Assembly: GCF_006345805.1 (NCBI RefSeq) | Contig: NC_043002.1 | Coordinates: 49,662,001-49,726,000 of the forward strand | Source: Octopus sinensis | Taxonomy: Eukaryota | DNA length: 64,000 nt | Direction: 5' to 3' | Part shown: in pieces, positions 38,716-52,279 of the stretch | Layout of the letters: each line of letters opens with the position of its first letter | Numbering within the stretch: the first letter of the stretch is position 1 | Notes under the pieces: generated by a model | What the model saw: the letters and a program-made list of their open reading frames with translations, nothing else | Told to the model about the DNA's origin: nothing | Database searches by the model: none | Made by a program: the position numbers and the translations under genes

Positions 38716-40099
38716 TTCAACGACAACGCTACAACCATTAACAAACATCCTAACCGTTGGCATTAGTAAAAGTACGAGTGCCATCGTAAACTACCATCAA
38801 CAAACAATAAGATTTTTTATGAGAGAGCCTCTACGTGGTCGCTCGACATGCTAGAAATAGCGACTAAATCACCCTCTAGTCACACAAGCTACTGTTTTTG
38901 CGAAACACACGTGCGCACGCATGCACACACATAAAGGACATGTTGGATAATGTGATTCTATGTTCTTTGTGTTGAGGGTAAAAACGGAATGGTTATGTCT
39001 AGAATGTCTTTGATGAGAGGCCTGCTGGATCGGGGATGACGTGGGGTGAAATAGCAGCATTTGCAACAATCATCAACCCCAACACGACATTCATTATTCA
39101 ATTCAGTATTACATATTCTCACGGCCGCCATCTTTCTCATCAGTCACTATCTCTCATAGTATTACTATTATTCCTAGCCGCTCAAGCAACAACCTAACCG
39201 CTACTCTGTTTGCTCAACAATCAGTTATAGTGATATTTTACAATTGTAAACGAGTAAAAGAGTCTTTCATATAGGCTTCGTAAAGAGGAATGTAAGTAGG
39301 ACATGCTATTCTATTCATGCAGGAAACAGCGAGGTTTCAAAACTTGATTCGATGTTTGCAATCAGAAATAGGCCCAAGAATTATCATTGACAAATTGTAG
39401 ACTTTAAGCTGCTAGCCTTAAAAAGAATTTAAGGCAACAAGCTGCCAAAAATCGTTAGCACACAGGATAAAATGCTTCGCAACATTTCATCCGTTCAATT
39501 TCCGTCGAGGTTGATTTTGGCTTTCATCATTTCGGGGTCGATGAAATAAGTACCAGTCGAGCACAGGAGTCGACGTCAGTTGACTTATCCATCTCCGAAA
39601 ACTGCTGGCCTTGTGCCAAAATTTGAAATCACTAAGGCGGCGAGCAAGCAGAATCGTTAGCATGACGAGCAAAGTGTTGTGGCCCGTGTACCTCGATGAT
39701 TTTGAGAGCGATGCCAGCGGCACGCAAGCTCATGGTAGGGCCTCCTATGCTAAACAGTCAATTAATATTGGATAACTTCTACCCTGAGATAAAAATCGGT
39801 TTGCATAGGAACAACACCCCTACCTAGAAAAAAAATCGAATTTACATAAGCATCGATGACAGTTTAAAACAAACAAGACCTGAGAGGGAGGGAGGGAGGG
39901 AGAGACAGAAAGAGAGAGAGGAGAGAGAGAGAGAGAGCAGAAACGACACCCTAGAGTCAGGAACAGAGGAGAAAACGTCGTCTATGACCTATGCCCCATA
40001 GAGGACGGGGGATTAAGTAAATAAATAAGGTCCTCGTGCGAAACACCAGTTAGAGAGGCTGGAATGCAAAACAAACTGTAGAAGGATTTGAACTTGTGA

Positions 40100-40637
40100 C
40101 ATAGAATAGTATTGGTTTCAACTTTTGACATAAGGCCAGCAATTTCGGGGTAAGAAGTGGTGCCCAATTCATGGTAAGAAGTGGTACCCATTTCGGGGTA
40201 GGAAGTGGTACTCAATTCATGGTAAGAAGTGGTACCCATTTCGGGGTAGGAAGTGGTGCCCAATTCATGGTAAGAAGTGGTACCCATTTCGGGGTAGGAA
40301 GTGGTACTCAATTCATGGTAAGAAGTGGTACCCATTTCGGGGTAGGAAGTGGTACTCAATTCATGGTAAGAAGTGGTACCCATTTCGGGGTAGGAAGTGG
40401 TACTCAATTCATGGTAAGAAGTGGTACCCATTTCGGGGTAAGAAGTGGTGCCCAATTCATGGTAAGAAGTGGTACCCATTTCGGGGTAGGCAGTGGTACC
40501 CATTTCATCGACCCCAGAAAGGATGAAAAGCAAAGTCGACCTCGGTGGAATTTGAACTCAGAACGTAAAGACAGACGAAATGCCGCTAAGCATTTTTACC
40601 CGGCAAGCTAATGAGTCCTGCTGGCTGGCCGCCTTGC
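40100..40637 (-). mobile_element. SINE family A copy containing an internal minisatellite expansion
   Basis: Head and core at 40507-40637, tail at ~40100-40151, array in between. Confidence 0.8.
40141..40506. repeat. 24-bp minisatellite with 48-bp higher-order A/B alternation (~14.5 units)
   Basis: A = A(A/G)GAAGTGGT(GCC/ACT)CAATTCATGGT alternates with B = AAGAAGTGGTACCCATTTCGGGGT from 40152 to 40487. Confidence 0.95.
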
Positions 40638-41084
40638 ACAGTTAGTTGGTTGGTATAATAACGACATTTTATAATAGATTCTATTATAGCTTCATGTTTC
40701 TGCATTTGCTATTTAGGAATCTAACAATATAAAAATATATATATACACTTTATAAACTACTAGTACATTATTATTTAGGTAGCTACTATCTGTAAAATGC
40801 TAATACGGTCCATATCTGTGTGTTTTACGTTTATAAATAGTATTCTGGGGTCTGATAAAGCTGCTAACCATATTAAGAGACCGTCTGCAAAATGGTATTT
40901 AAGCGCCGTTGCATGTCTCTATAATACTTTATGACGCCAGTCTGTTAAATCGCGACCTCTCCTATCATAGAGCGGCTGGAAGTTAGAACGTACGAAATAG
41001 CATGAAATGTTTGCCTGTAAATTGGTACTAAGTGCCTGCTATAAAATATTTTAACCACAGTGAAAACATTAAAGGTCTCTCGTA

Positions 41085-41235
41085 CATACATACATACATG
41101 CGTACATACATACACATAAATATACATATATATAAATAGATATACATATATATACATATATATATATACATACATATATATACATATATGTACATACATA
41201 TATACATACATATATGTACATACATATATACATAC

Positions 41236-41282
<47 letters not shown>

Positions 41283-41312
41283 TACATACATACATACATA
41301 TATATATATATG

Positions 41313-41343
<31 letters not shown>

Positions 41344-41348
41344 GTACA

Positions 41349-41444
<96 letters not shown>

Positions 41445-41590
41445 CATACGTACATACATACATACGAACATACATACATACATACATATATACATACGTA
41501 CATACATACATACATATATATATATAGGTAGATATTCATATATATATATATACATATTTATATATGTACACACATTATATATATATATAC
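41085..41590. repeat. Compound (TA)/(TACA) microsatellite, representative of many in the window (e.g. 36640-36870, 48420-48760)
   Basis: Direct inspection; source of the many YI/HT/CV/LS pseudo-ORFs. Confidence 0.97.
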
Positions 41591-41856
41591 ATCCATAAAC
41601 ACGCACGCATGCATGTAGGCATGCATACATACATACATAGATACTTACGTAAGATTGTGATAGCAAAGAAATGCAGTTGATTCCAATGAACTAACAACAA
41701 AGATAAACGGAGAAAATAAAAGAATGGCGTACTTTTCAGTAGAAGACATTCATTTAAAGAAATATAATTTTGTCTTAAGTAGAGTAAAAGAATATATATA
41801 TATATATATATATATGCGTGTGTGTATACTTGTGCGTGCGTATATGCCCATATAAT

Positions 41857-41917
<61 letters not shown>

Positions 41918-42721
41918 AGTACACACACACTCAAGAAATTGGAGCAAAAGATGGAAACCGATATGATAGCAATTAGCTCTAGCTTTCTTCTTCTTGTTCA
42001 GGGTGTGTTTGTGAAGTCGCATGGCTCAGTGATTAGAGCGTCGGGCTCACAATCACGGGATAGTGAGTTCGATTCCAGGACACTTTATTTCACATAGCTT
42101 CACTTCACTCAGCTGTAGAAATGAGTTGCGATGTCGCTGGTGCCAAGCTGCATCAGCCTTTGCCTTTCCCTTGTACAACAACTGTCTTCGTCTTGTGTTT
42201 TTCTTTAAAATTTCAATTCTATATATAGTGGTAGGAGACTCTCAAGAGAGCTGAACAGCAGAAAGATATTCGGAGAAGTTTCTCCACCCCACTTTTCAGG
42301 CAAGTATTTCAGTCCTTAACTTCTTACACTCTAAGGAGAAGGGTCACGAGCAGCATCCAGGTCATGACACCAGGATGCCCTTCTACCGACAATTTTAAGT
42401 CGGTTGGATACGACGGGTTTCTTTCAGTTTCCGTCCACCAAATCAACTCATAATGTTTTGGTCAACTCAGGGTTATAGTAAAAGACAATTGCCCAATTGA
42501 CAATTGTCATGCGATGGGACTGAGCCCGAAACCATGTGGTTGGAAAGTATGCTCCTTGCCACCCAGTCATGCCTGTGCCTTTATATGTATGCTTGAGTAT
42601 GTATATCTATATTTATATACAAGTATGTGTGTGTGTGTGTGTGTGTGCATGTAATAGATTTTTACATACAAGCGTACACATACATATATCATGTGTGTGT
42701 GTGTGTGATGCTTGCATGTAT

Positions 42722-42753
<32 letters not shown>

Positions 42754-42843
42754 GCGTGTATATATTCACATATATGTATATTTATACACATATAAATATA
42801 TATGTATAGATATACACATATAAATATATATATATATATTTAT

Positions 42844-42879
<36 letters not shown>

Positions 42880-44921
42880 TATCTATATACACCCGTCATT
42901 ACATCACATATACTCCCAGTATATAGGTTTGTCTGTATGTAAATTACTTTTATCAACGACGAAAAAATTTAAAAAAAAATAAAACATGATAATAATATAA
43001 ACAAATTAAGGAAAAAGCAAAATAAATGTCACCAGGTCACCTGTGACCCTAGATGGCCGTGGGTGAAGAGGGATGCTGGTTATTTCGGTGATGTAATTCG
43101 AACAGTGTTTCCAAAATATCCCCAAAATTCTGATAAGAATAATTTCTAATGTCTGTTGAAATAGTTCAATTCTCCATTGTTCTTGTATAAGAGATAAACT
43201 GCTGCTACTGTTATGTTGACTACCGCCGCCGACGCCACCACCACCACCACCACCACCGCAACCACCACCACCAACAACAACACCAACACACCACCACCAC
43301 CAACAACACCACCACCACCACCACCAACATCCTACACGACCACTACTACTATCACTAACACCACCGCCGCCATACCCACCAATAACACCGCTACCACCAC
43401 CACAATCATCAATTTCAGCAACAGCACCACCACCACAACTATCACAACTACGGACAACAACGCGATTACCGCAAAATATCATCACCACCACTACCAACGA
43501 CAACCATTACTATAACATACCACCAACACTGCTATAATCACCCAACTCCAATACTACCACGCCGTAAGTAGACTATCAATGCTATAGCCTATGCAATAAT
43601 TACCACAACTAATACTACAGCTAGTAAGACCACCACCACCACCACCACCACCACCACCACAATAACAACCAGTACTAGGGCTATTGCAAGCAATATCACC
43701 ACTCTAACGACCACTGTGAATACTACAACCAATGTCATCACCATCATAATCACACAGCGAAAAACTACAGCTAATACTACAAGTATCTACACCGCAAATG
43801 CCACAACTGGTACTGTAGCCAAAACCACCAATATGACTATCAGGACTTCTGTCAATACCACGAATATTGTCACTATAACACAGTCGGTTTCTACGACCAA
43901 GACCATCACAACTACTATAGTTAGTACTACAGCTAGTACCATTACCACTATACTTACTGTAGCTTCTGCTACAGCCAATGTAATCACCACCATGAATAGC
44001 AGAGTGAATGCTAGAGTCCATACCAGTAGCAATACCACTACTACAACAACCAATGCTGTTACCATTCTGCAACATATTACCGTCTATTCCACAAAATCTC
44101 TTGTCATATAACACAGTTCTAGATATAATTTGTATGAATCGAGTTTGGTACGTCTTTCAGAAGAAAAAGAGCAACAACTAGCATGACACCCTAAAGATAT
44201 GTTAGGTAAAACGACTAACTGACAGAGATGTTTCACTCGACGGAAAGTGAAAAAAAAAAAAAAACACGTCATCGTACATGTTACGGCTGTTTGCGTCCAA
44301 AGTTCTAATTCTACCGAGGTCGACATTGTCTTCAATTCCTTCAAAGGTCAATAAATTTAAAACTAGTCAAGTATTGGAGAGTTGTTTTCTCCCTTAACTC
44401 TCCCCTATATCTTTCCCTATTTCCTTCCTTTCTGCGGAGTCGACCGCACTGAAAGGAGCCAAGTAAGGGCTGTTCAATTCCCAGCTACACGAATCATTTG
44501 ATCATCGACCTGCAGATTCTATATGAAAATATAGAATTAGGGAAAGTGGAGGGAGTAACATCACTTTAATGTGTGTGCGTGTAACCTGGGTACAGAGATA
44601 ATCAATATATTTTTGTTTTATTAATGAAAATAAATAGTGGTAGTTTTATGTGTTTGTGTGTTTATTGTAGTGTTATATGTGTGTGTATTTATATATATCA
44701 AACACTAAATATATGTGTGTGTGTCCAAATTTCACCACAACTATAACACTACTTTGTGGATCTTTTCTATTTTTTTTTACTGTTTCCCCTGATGAAGTAC
44801 CACTATCCGAAACGTAAAACACTTTTTGATTTTTCTTCCCTTTCTGCATAAAACTAATATTCTAAACTGTGTGCGTCCGTTTTGTTGCCTTTGTTTCCTG
44901 TGTTCCCAAGAATTTTCATTA

Positions 44922-44977
<56 letters not shown>

Positions 44978-45481
44978 TTATGTTCTGTGAATTACTGGTT
45001 TAACAAATAAAGAACAGCAAAGTAAGTACCACACTGAAATTAGTAAATTACCTCAAAATAAATCAACTCAAAAAATACCTCGACGGAAGTGGCATGGCTA
45101 CTGTCCAAAAGCCGAAACCTGTAAAAGATCACACACACACATATATGTGTTCGTGTGTTTGTGTGCATGTGTATATGTATATGTGCAAATTTTTTTTATG
45201 CATATGTGAGAATGTATATGTGTGTGTATCGAGTTAGAAAACAAAGGGATGTAATAGATATAGATTAATTTATCAATGAATATGTTGATTAATTGATAAA
45301 TTAATCTGTATCCAGTAAATTTCTCTGTTTTCTAACTCGATAAAAATGTCTGATATTTTACGATATTCCGATATTCTATATAATATATTAACTGAAGAAT
45401 TATCTCGTCAAAATTCTATATATTAAGCCAGTGTATCTTGGATTAATATCCCTATAAGTGTTTTAAATATCCTCATTGTGA

Positions 45482-45549
<68 letters not shown>

Positions 45550-45709
45550 CTGGTGACAACATTCTCGACTAATAAGCGTATCTTAGAAGTGAACAATGAG
45601 CCGAAGGAGGGTCTTATCGCTGAACAAAGCATCCACTATTTGGAGATAAGTTAGTTCTCCCCCTCAATACAATAGACAAGTTTGTACCCGACCAAAGCTA
45701 GGACCGGTA

Positions 45710-45780
<71 letters not shown>

Positions 45781-46293
45781 TGTGTATGTGTATTATGATC
45801 CGCAAACATCCCACCATTAATTGTAACTAATTAGGGTTGCAGACTTTTATCAGGATTCACACACACAGACACACACACATGCATCTATGAAACATGCCTA
45901 ATTTCATCCGTTTCTCTTTCCTCTTTACTGTCCTTCCTCTTCCCCAGGACCTCACCTCTTCAAGACTGGTAATAGACATAATTAAATTATCAATAAGGTG
46001 GTTTCATTGTTGTTACGGTGGAGGTGGTGGTGGTGGTGGTGGTTATTGACGGAACAAAATGGCGAGTGTGGTTGGTGTAGTGGTGGTGGTGGTGGGCTTG
46101 GTGGAGTAGCGGGAAGTGATAACGATAATTGTTATTGGTAGATTAATGGTTGGACACGAGATAAGTTACAACAATAAGAGCAGTAACAGCAATATTAGAA
46201 CGACGGCAACGACAACAACAAAATATTAATCCTTTCCAATACAGACATAAAACCTGAAATTTGGGAAGAGGAGCTATGGGAGGGTTTAACTTA

Positions 46294-46810
46294 TACCGTA
46301 AATCCTCGACTATGATTCGCATTTTTTCCCCAAAATTTAAAGGTCAAAATCCCTTGTGCGTATTATATACGAGGTTAAAAAGGAAAAATGGTTTCTAAGC
46401 AATGTCCGAGTCTCTATTTGCTGTCTGGCAATGTTTATTCAGGCGCATTTTGTGATGTCGGGCGCGAAAATACCTTAAGCTAAGCCTGAAAGCAATGAAG
46501 AATCATCTATAACTTGCAGTAAGCAACATTTATTAAAATAAAAGTATTCAGAACACAGAATAACATGTAACAAAAACAATTTGCAAACATATTTACATTC
46601 TCATATAACAGTTAAGAACATCATCATTATTGTATTACGCATGCGCGGAAGTGTTTGTTCGACTAGGTGCTGCTGGCTTAATTACGCACGACTCAAGTTA
46701 GAGAAGGGGTGCGTATTATACACAAGGTTTAGGTTTTTCAGAGGTACAACCCCCTAAAAATCCCCTGCGTATTATACTCAAGGGCGAACTATACTCGAGG
46801 ATTTACGGTA
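46294..46810. mobile_element. Tc1/mariner-pogo type MITE
   Basis: TIR TACCGTAAATCCTCGA / TCGAGGATTTACGGTA including terminal TA. Confidence 0.88.
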
Positions 46811-48694
46811 CTTATGTTATCAACCCCGCTGTCTTAATAATAGTAATTAATAATCCTTTTTACTTTAGGTACAAGGCTTGAAATGTGTGGGGAGGGGACC
46901 AGTCGAGTACATCGATCCTAGTGTTTCACTGGTACTTAATTTAGCAACCCCGAAAGGAAGACAGAGTCGACTTTGGCGGAGTTTGAACTCAGAACGTAAA
47001 ACTTTTCGCGCGGCGAGCTAATGATTCTGCCAGCTCGCCGCCTTAATTATAATCATATTAATAATGATAATGATTTCAAATTTTTGCCAAAAGGGTAGCT
47101 TGGGGGAGGGGATTAAGTGCGCAACTGGTACTTATTTAATCGATCCTGAAAGGATGAAAGGCAAAGTAGACCTCGGTAGAATTTGAACTCTGAGCACAAA
47201 GACGGACGAAATACTGTTAAGTGTGGCTAAATAGAGCATCAGTTTATAAGTATGTAAACAAAAGTGAGTAGCAGTGAAATCTCACACAATCAACAGAGTA
47301 ACATACGGTCTGTCTTTTAATACTGTGTAGGCAGTGGCTCTCATGGCTTCTGATTTTAACTGATTGGAAGTGTTATCATGTACGTGTTTTGTCTTGGTAT
47401 AAAAGATGGGCTGCAGCAAATATTCTGCTCAATACCAAAGGTTTGCTTGTCAGTTGCTTGACCTTAACTAGTTGAGCATGTCCCTTGGTGACTGACGATA
47501 TGTGCATCTCTGATCATGAGCAGGAGTAGTGTAGGAGCATCATAGTCATGGGTTGAGAGGAATTCTCTGGGGTTTGAATAATTCATCTCTGGAATGGGTG
47601 CTTACTTCATCATCCTTAAAAAAAACCCTTATTCAGAGACTTTTTGAGCAGGATGGGCTACTCGACCTGAAGAAAATCCTAACTGGGTCCTTAACTGCAA
47701 GGTCATGCGCTGTTTATCTTGAAACGAGATCAACATGTCGCGCACATATGGTTGTGATGCATGTGCCTGGTGCACTCTTATCAGACGGGTAGTCATGATG
47801 GGTATATCGGGCTTCACATATTTGTAACCCAGTGTCAATTTGATGGCATGCGCTGTTCTCTCACTCAAAAACAAGAAGCAGGAAAAGAAAGAAGATGATG
47901 ATGATGATGATGATGAAGAAGAACAACAACAACAACAAAAATAATAATAATAATTAATAACATCAAAAAGGAAAGACAGATTAGATAATACAGTCCTATT
48001 CAGCACCGCCACATTCATCACAAATGCAGGTGAATGCATACATGTCACAGTAGAGCTGTGTGACAGTAAAGGGTGTCGAGTATTGTTAGCGTGAGTTGAG
48101 TGTCAGTCTCAGTGAATGTTGAGTGTGAGTGATTAACCACCGTAGACGAGTGTGGATGTCGGTAAGTGGAGGTATGGATATGTGAACGTAATGTGTGCAT
48201 GTCTCCTTTCTATTTACTTGACTTGAGAGAAGGCGGGATAGTAACCCACTCTCACTTCACAGATCTTTCTATTTGACTGGTATAGTTGATGCTCATTTTT
48301 TGCACTGCTTGTTGATCAATTGCAGCACAGAAAGCAAGACCAGAGAGGCCATAAACACGTCTATCTCTGTCTGCCTGTCAATCATTTATACTTACTTATA
48401 AAATTATCAACAAACCATCCATCTATCTATCTACCTACCAACCTACCTATCTATTTACCTGTATATCTATCTATCTACCTGTCTATCTACCTATCTACCT
48501 ACCTACCTGTTTATCGATCTATCTATCTACCTACCTACCTGTTTATCTATCTATCTACCTACCTACCTGTCTATCTATCTATCTACTTACCTACCTGTTT
48601 ATCTATCTATCAATCTACCTACCTACATGTTTATCTATCTATCTATCTACCTACCTACATGTTTATCTATCTATCAATCTACCTACCTACATGT

Positions 48695-48759
<65 letters not shown>

Positions 48760-49242
48760 GGTGTGTGTGTATGTGTGTGTGTGTGCAGATAAAGTCGCTT
48801 ATAATGACGGATAGCGTTATCGAACGGTTAGTTTTGATAAAATTAGTGCTTGAGGGGGACGGCAAACACTCAGTATATTATTCGTTATGTCCTCTGCTTA
48901 ATGTTATCAGCAGATTATTGCTATCTAAAAGACTCCGAATGAAAATGACCCCACCAAGCAACTTGGACCGTATACAAATATGAGCACGCGTGCACAAGCA
49001 CACACATACACACGCACTCTCTTTCTCTCACACACACATTTGTGTATTAAGGCTACCGTTGGTTTGATGTTAAGATAAGTATCGTAATACCTTAACAATT
49101 TTTCTAGCCGATCACATGAAAGGATGGTTTTCATTTCCATTTTGGATCCTTAATGCACAAATAAAGAAATTTTATCCACCCATTTGGTGTTGAGCCCTCA
49201 TTCTCATTGCTCGACATTTACGTGTGTGTGTGTGTGTGTGTG

Positions 49243-49337
<95 letters not shown>

Positions 49338-49356
49338 ATATACATATATATATACA

Positions 49357-49664
49357 TGGAGACGCAATGGCCCAGTGGTTAAAGCAGCGGACTCGTGATC
49401 GTAGGATCGCGGTTTCGATTCCCAGACCGGGCATTGTGTGTATTTATTGAGCGAAAACACCTAAAAAAGCTCTACGAAGCTCCGGCAGGGGTGGTGATCC
49501 CTGCTGTACTCTTTCACCACCCTTTCTCTCACTCTTTCTGCTGTTGACCTGCTCGCTTAGCCAGCGGGGTGGCGTCATTGGAAGGCTAAAAACAATGCGA
49601 ACGCATTGTGACCAGCGATGTGCAGCAGCGTCTGATGGTCTGGTCGGTCACGTGATCACGTGAT
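49357..49664 (+). mobile_element. SINE family D
   Basis: Same head and 3' region, ending (CACGTGAT)2. Confidence 0.85.
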
Positions 49665-49949
49665 ACACACACACACACACACACGCTCATGATGGTAAAT
49701 GTGTGACAGAATCGATAAAGCGTCGTGATAAAATGCCTTCCGGCACAGTAGCGTAACTAGGGGTTACGGTGCCCAATATGACCCTTAAATTTGCCGTTCG
49801 CACCACCTCAGGCTCCCCCAACCTATGCATACTTACACAACAGACCAAAATGTGCCGTCCCCATGAAAGCGTTCCCCAAGACAGACCACCGCTTGCCCCA
49901 CCCTTCTGCCAGCTCGACGCCTTAATAATAATAATAATAATAATAATAA

Positions 49950-50350
49950 TGTGGCTGTGTGGTAAGTAGCCTGTCTACCAACCACATGGTTCCGAGTTCA
50001 GTCCCACTGCGTGGCACCTTGGGCAAGTGTCTTCTACTATAGCCTCGGGCCGACCAAAGCTTTGTGAGTGGATTTGGTAGACGGAAACTGAAAGAAGCCC
50101 TTCGTATATATGTATATATATGTATGTATGCGTGTGTGTGTTTGTGTGTCTGTGTTTGTCCCCATAGCATTGCTTGACAACCGATGTTGGTGTGTTTATG
50201 TCCCCGTCACTTAGCGGTTCGGCAAAAGAGACTGATAGAATAAGTACTGGGCTTACAAAAGAATAAGTTCCGGGGTCGAGTTGCTCGATTAAAGGCGGTG
50301 CTCCAGCATGGCCGCAGTCAAATGACTGAAACAAGTAAAAGAGTAAAGAG
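49950..50350 (+). mobile_element. SINE family B, near full length
   Basis: Same head-microsatellite-tail layout, ending GTAAAAGAGTAAAGAG. Confidence 0.9.
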
Positions 50351-50582
50351 TAATAATAAACGAACCAGCCTGATAAGGGACATGCTTATTTTTGGTGTTA
50401 TCTTACTAAAATTGGCGAATTCATCTCGCTATGATCATTTATTTAAAATCAGTTTTTTTTCTTTGGCAAGGTTTCTGTTTTAGTAACGGGAAGGTTTACG
50501 AAAATAAACAAAAGACGAAGGCAGGTGGAGTACAAACAAGCAAATGTATTAGTATGGCGCTCAGGAATAGAAATAGAACAAG

Positions 50583-50620
50583 TCTTTTACGTTTCGAGCC
50601 TACGCTCTTCGACAGAAAGA
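50583..50620 (-). ncRNA. Minimal hammerhead variant (CUGUCGA core) in a second copy of the same repeat (~50494-50657)
   Basis: Minus strand TCTTT-CTGTCGA-A-GAGC(gtag)GCTC-GAA-ACGT-A-AAAGA; stems I and II pair perfectly. Confidence 0.63.
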
Positions 50621-51145
50621 TTACACAGAAAAGAAACAAGGAGAGAAAATATGCGTGGACGTCAGTCATGAGTGAGTGCGTGTGCGAACGTGCATTTGAC
50701 AGTTCAGCTCTGTCAAGCAGTTGAAACACAATGTCACACACACTCACTCATGACGTCATAGACTTTTAACAAAAGATTGCCTTTTTTTCTTTCTATTTCT
50801 TCCGTGATCCCTCTACAAAGATAGTGAGGTAGTGTTATGTAGAGATTTAATAGTGCCACCTTCCGCGCCCCCCCCCTCGCCCTGTCACTCTTTGCCACTC
50901 CAAAACGTTTTAAAAATATTTCTGCCTTGTGTCAACATTTGAAATCCTAAGAATACAATAGCAATTGTAATAATATACATCACAAACCAACAATAATAAC
51001 AACAGTTGCTGTGTTGGAGAAACATACCTCGGCTTCTTACAAAGCCTTTTTAAAAAAAAAAAAATTATTCTATTGAAAATCCTGAGGCGACAATTAGAGA
51101 GATCCGCTTACAACACGTTACATAATTGAGAGAAAGAAAGATAGA

Positions 51146-51224
<79 letters not shown>

Positions 51225-51863
51225 CGTGCGTGTGATATTGCGGGTATTTGTGCGAGTGCAGATATGCATAAGTGTGCGTGTGTAATATATGTGCTTGTAT
51301 GTACTTTTAATGAGAATATGAGTGGAAAGAGAACGTTGTTTTTACATAAAGTAATGTGTTTATTGCTCCTATTAATATAATAAAAAAGTGTATTAAAAGT
51401 ACGCATTTATGTTACAAGCAAATCTACTCATTCATCTACGATGGAGGCGTAAAATGAGGGAGGGAAGTCATAACAGCGATATGTATTGAGAAATGTGTAA
51501 ATGGACTTGATAGATTACCGGGTGATGTCTTAGAGAAATCACATTATTCTTGGTGATACAGTATTCTTTTGCAGCTATATGACATGTGTTTGCAACTAAG
51601 TGACATGTGATGACGATTCACTCCAGATCTGAAATGGGCTCCCAGCCTCTGTATCATAAATGGTCATGTGGACCATTCCTAACGAAAGCCAGAGCTTCCT
51701 TCGACCACTACATGAAAAGTATTAAGAAAAAAATGTTATTTAGATATACCTTTATTTTAGTCGTTTACACTATTTTGCGCTTGTTTATGCTCTGTTATAT
51801 TCAGAGTTCACAAATTCCTTATTCAAATTATGAATCATATTCCTTTCGATAATATCGGTATGA

Positions 51864-52048
51864 TTACAAAACTTCTTCGTAGACGATATTTTCTGTTTGG
51901 TTGACACTAATTTTCAAATTACCGGAGTCCGTTGCTCTACTCATAGCGACGTATAACTGGCCGTATGTAAACATCAGAGTAGGTAAAAATACACCTACGC
52001 GATGTAATGTCTGGCCTTGTGCCTTGTTTGCTGTGAATGCGCGAGCGG
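51864..52048 (-). pseudogene. Helitron PIF1-type helicase C-terminal remnant
   Basis: AFTANKAQGQTLHRVGVFLPTLMFTYGQLYVAMSRATDSGNLKISVNQTENIVYEEVL* matches the 'T.NKSQGQTL...HGQLYVA.SR...T.NIVY.EVL' helicase motif V/VI region. Confidence 0.88.
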
Positions 52049-52279
52049 TATCTTTAGGGTAGCAGAAAATAAAGCTAAGACATACCACTCACTGTTCTAT
52101 GCAAATAATGTCTGGATGCTTTGGTACCATGGATTATTTTGATTGACAAATCTGAGGTGTAAACAACAGCTGCTTCGATTAACCGTTTCGAATCCTACTC
52201 GAGACTGACACACTTCAATAACCACTAAATAATCACACACACAATATACTGATACACACTTCTTCCATTTTATTATCGC

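Noticed and set aside
39982-40611. Repetitive ORFs GTTSYPEM/GTTSYHEL and the antisense MVRSGTHF
   Set aside because: Open only because the minisatellite period is 24 bp; it lies inside a SINE.
43035-43190. Open minus-strand frame EQWRIELFQQTLEIILIRILGIFWKHC...
   Set aside because: No recognised homology and a weak donor (GTGACC).
44786-44820. CTGATGAAG...CCGAAACGTA hammerhead-like motif
   Set aside because: Core is present but stems I and II do not pair; at best a decayed PLE remnant.
47225-47868. Segment resembling a non-LTR retrotransposon 3' UTR-type repeat from recall
   Set aside because: Single copy in the window with no diagnostic coding motif or TSD, so it cannot be supported from sequence alone.
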